64,000 nucleotides of DNA from Eledone cirrhosa (Eukaryota). The position numbers and the translations under genes were made by a program. Below the pieces are notes generated by a model. The model did not search any database. It was not told the DNA's origin and saw nothing but the letters and a program-made list of their open reading frames with translations. The stretch covers positions 2,480,001 through 2,544,000 of the forward strand of contig OZ024762.1 of assembly GCA_964016885.1 (NCBI GenBank). Reading direction: 5' to 3'. Positions 64,000 to 64,000 of this stretch are shown here, in pieces; the stretch's first letter is position 1, and each line of letters begins with the position of its first letter.

Positions 64000-64000
64000 T

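Overview
Repeat-rich eukaryotic genomic DNA. The (TA)n, (TAGA)n and (CAT)n tracts, RTE LINEs and tRNA-derived SINEs suggest a mollusc, probably an octopus (inference). The only host gene found is a minus-strand, multi-exon ferric-chelate reductase 1 (FRRS1/SDR2)-like gene (Reeler-DOMON-cytochrome b561). Nine phase-consistent coding exons lie between 29474 and 16053, and the gene continues past the left edge. The intron after the last visible exon holds the main feature: a >15.6 kb array of apparently identical 466-bp units, each encoding a type I hammerhead ribozyme (CUGAUGA...GAAACUAGUA^, palindromic minimal stem III), i.e. a non-LTR retrozyme/satellite-2-like array with 33 ribozyme copies. 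The array inverts at ~7482-7484, forming a giant palindrome whose ribozymes point outward. A diverged monomer at 48737 starts exactly at the predicted cleavage site. Several short palindromes elsewhere carry outward-facing hammerhead-like cores, and Penelope-like GIY-YIG and RT remnants are present, suggesting a shared ribozyme/Penelope-driven inverted-insertion mechanism. The window also contains an intact two-ORF Tx1/L1-clade LINE inserted in a 60-bp minisatellite carried by a TTAA-flanked MITE, plus RTE and CR1-like fragments, SINEs and MITEs. All structures were read by eye; none were computed or database-checked.
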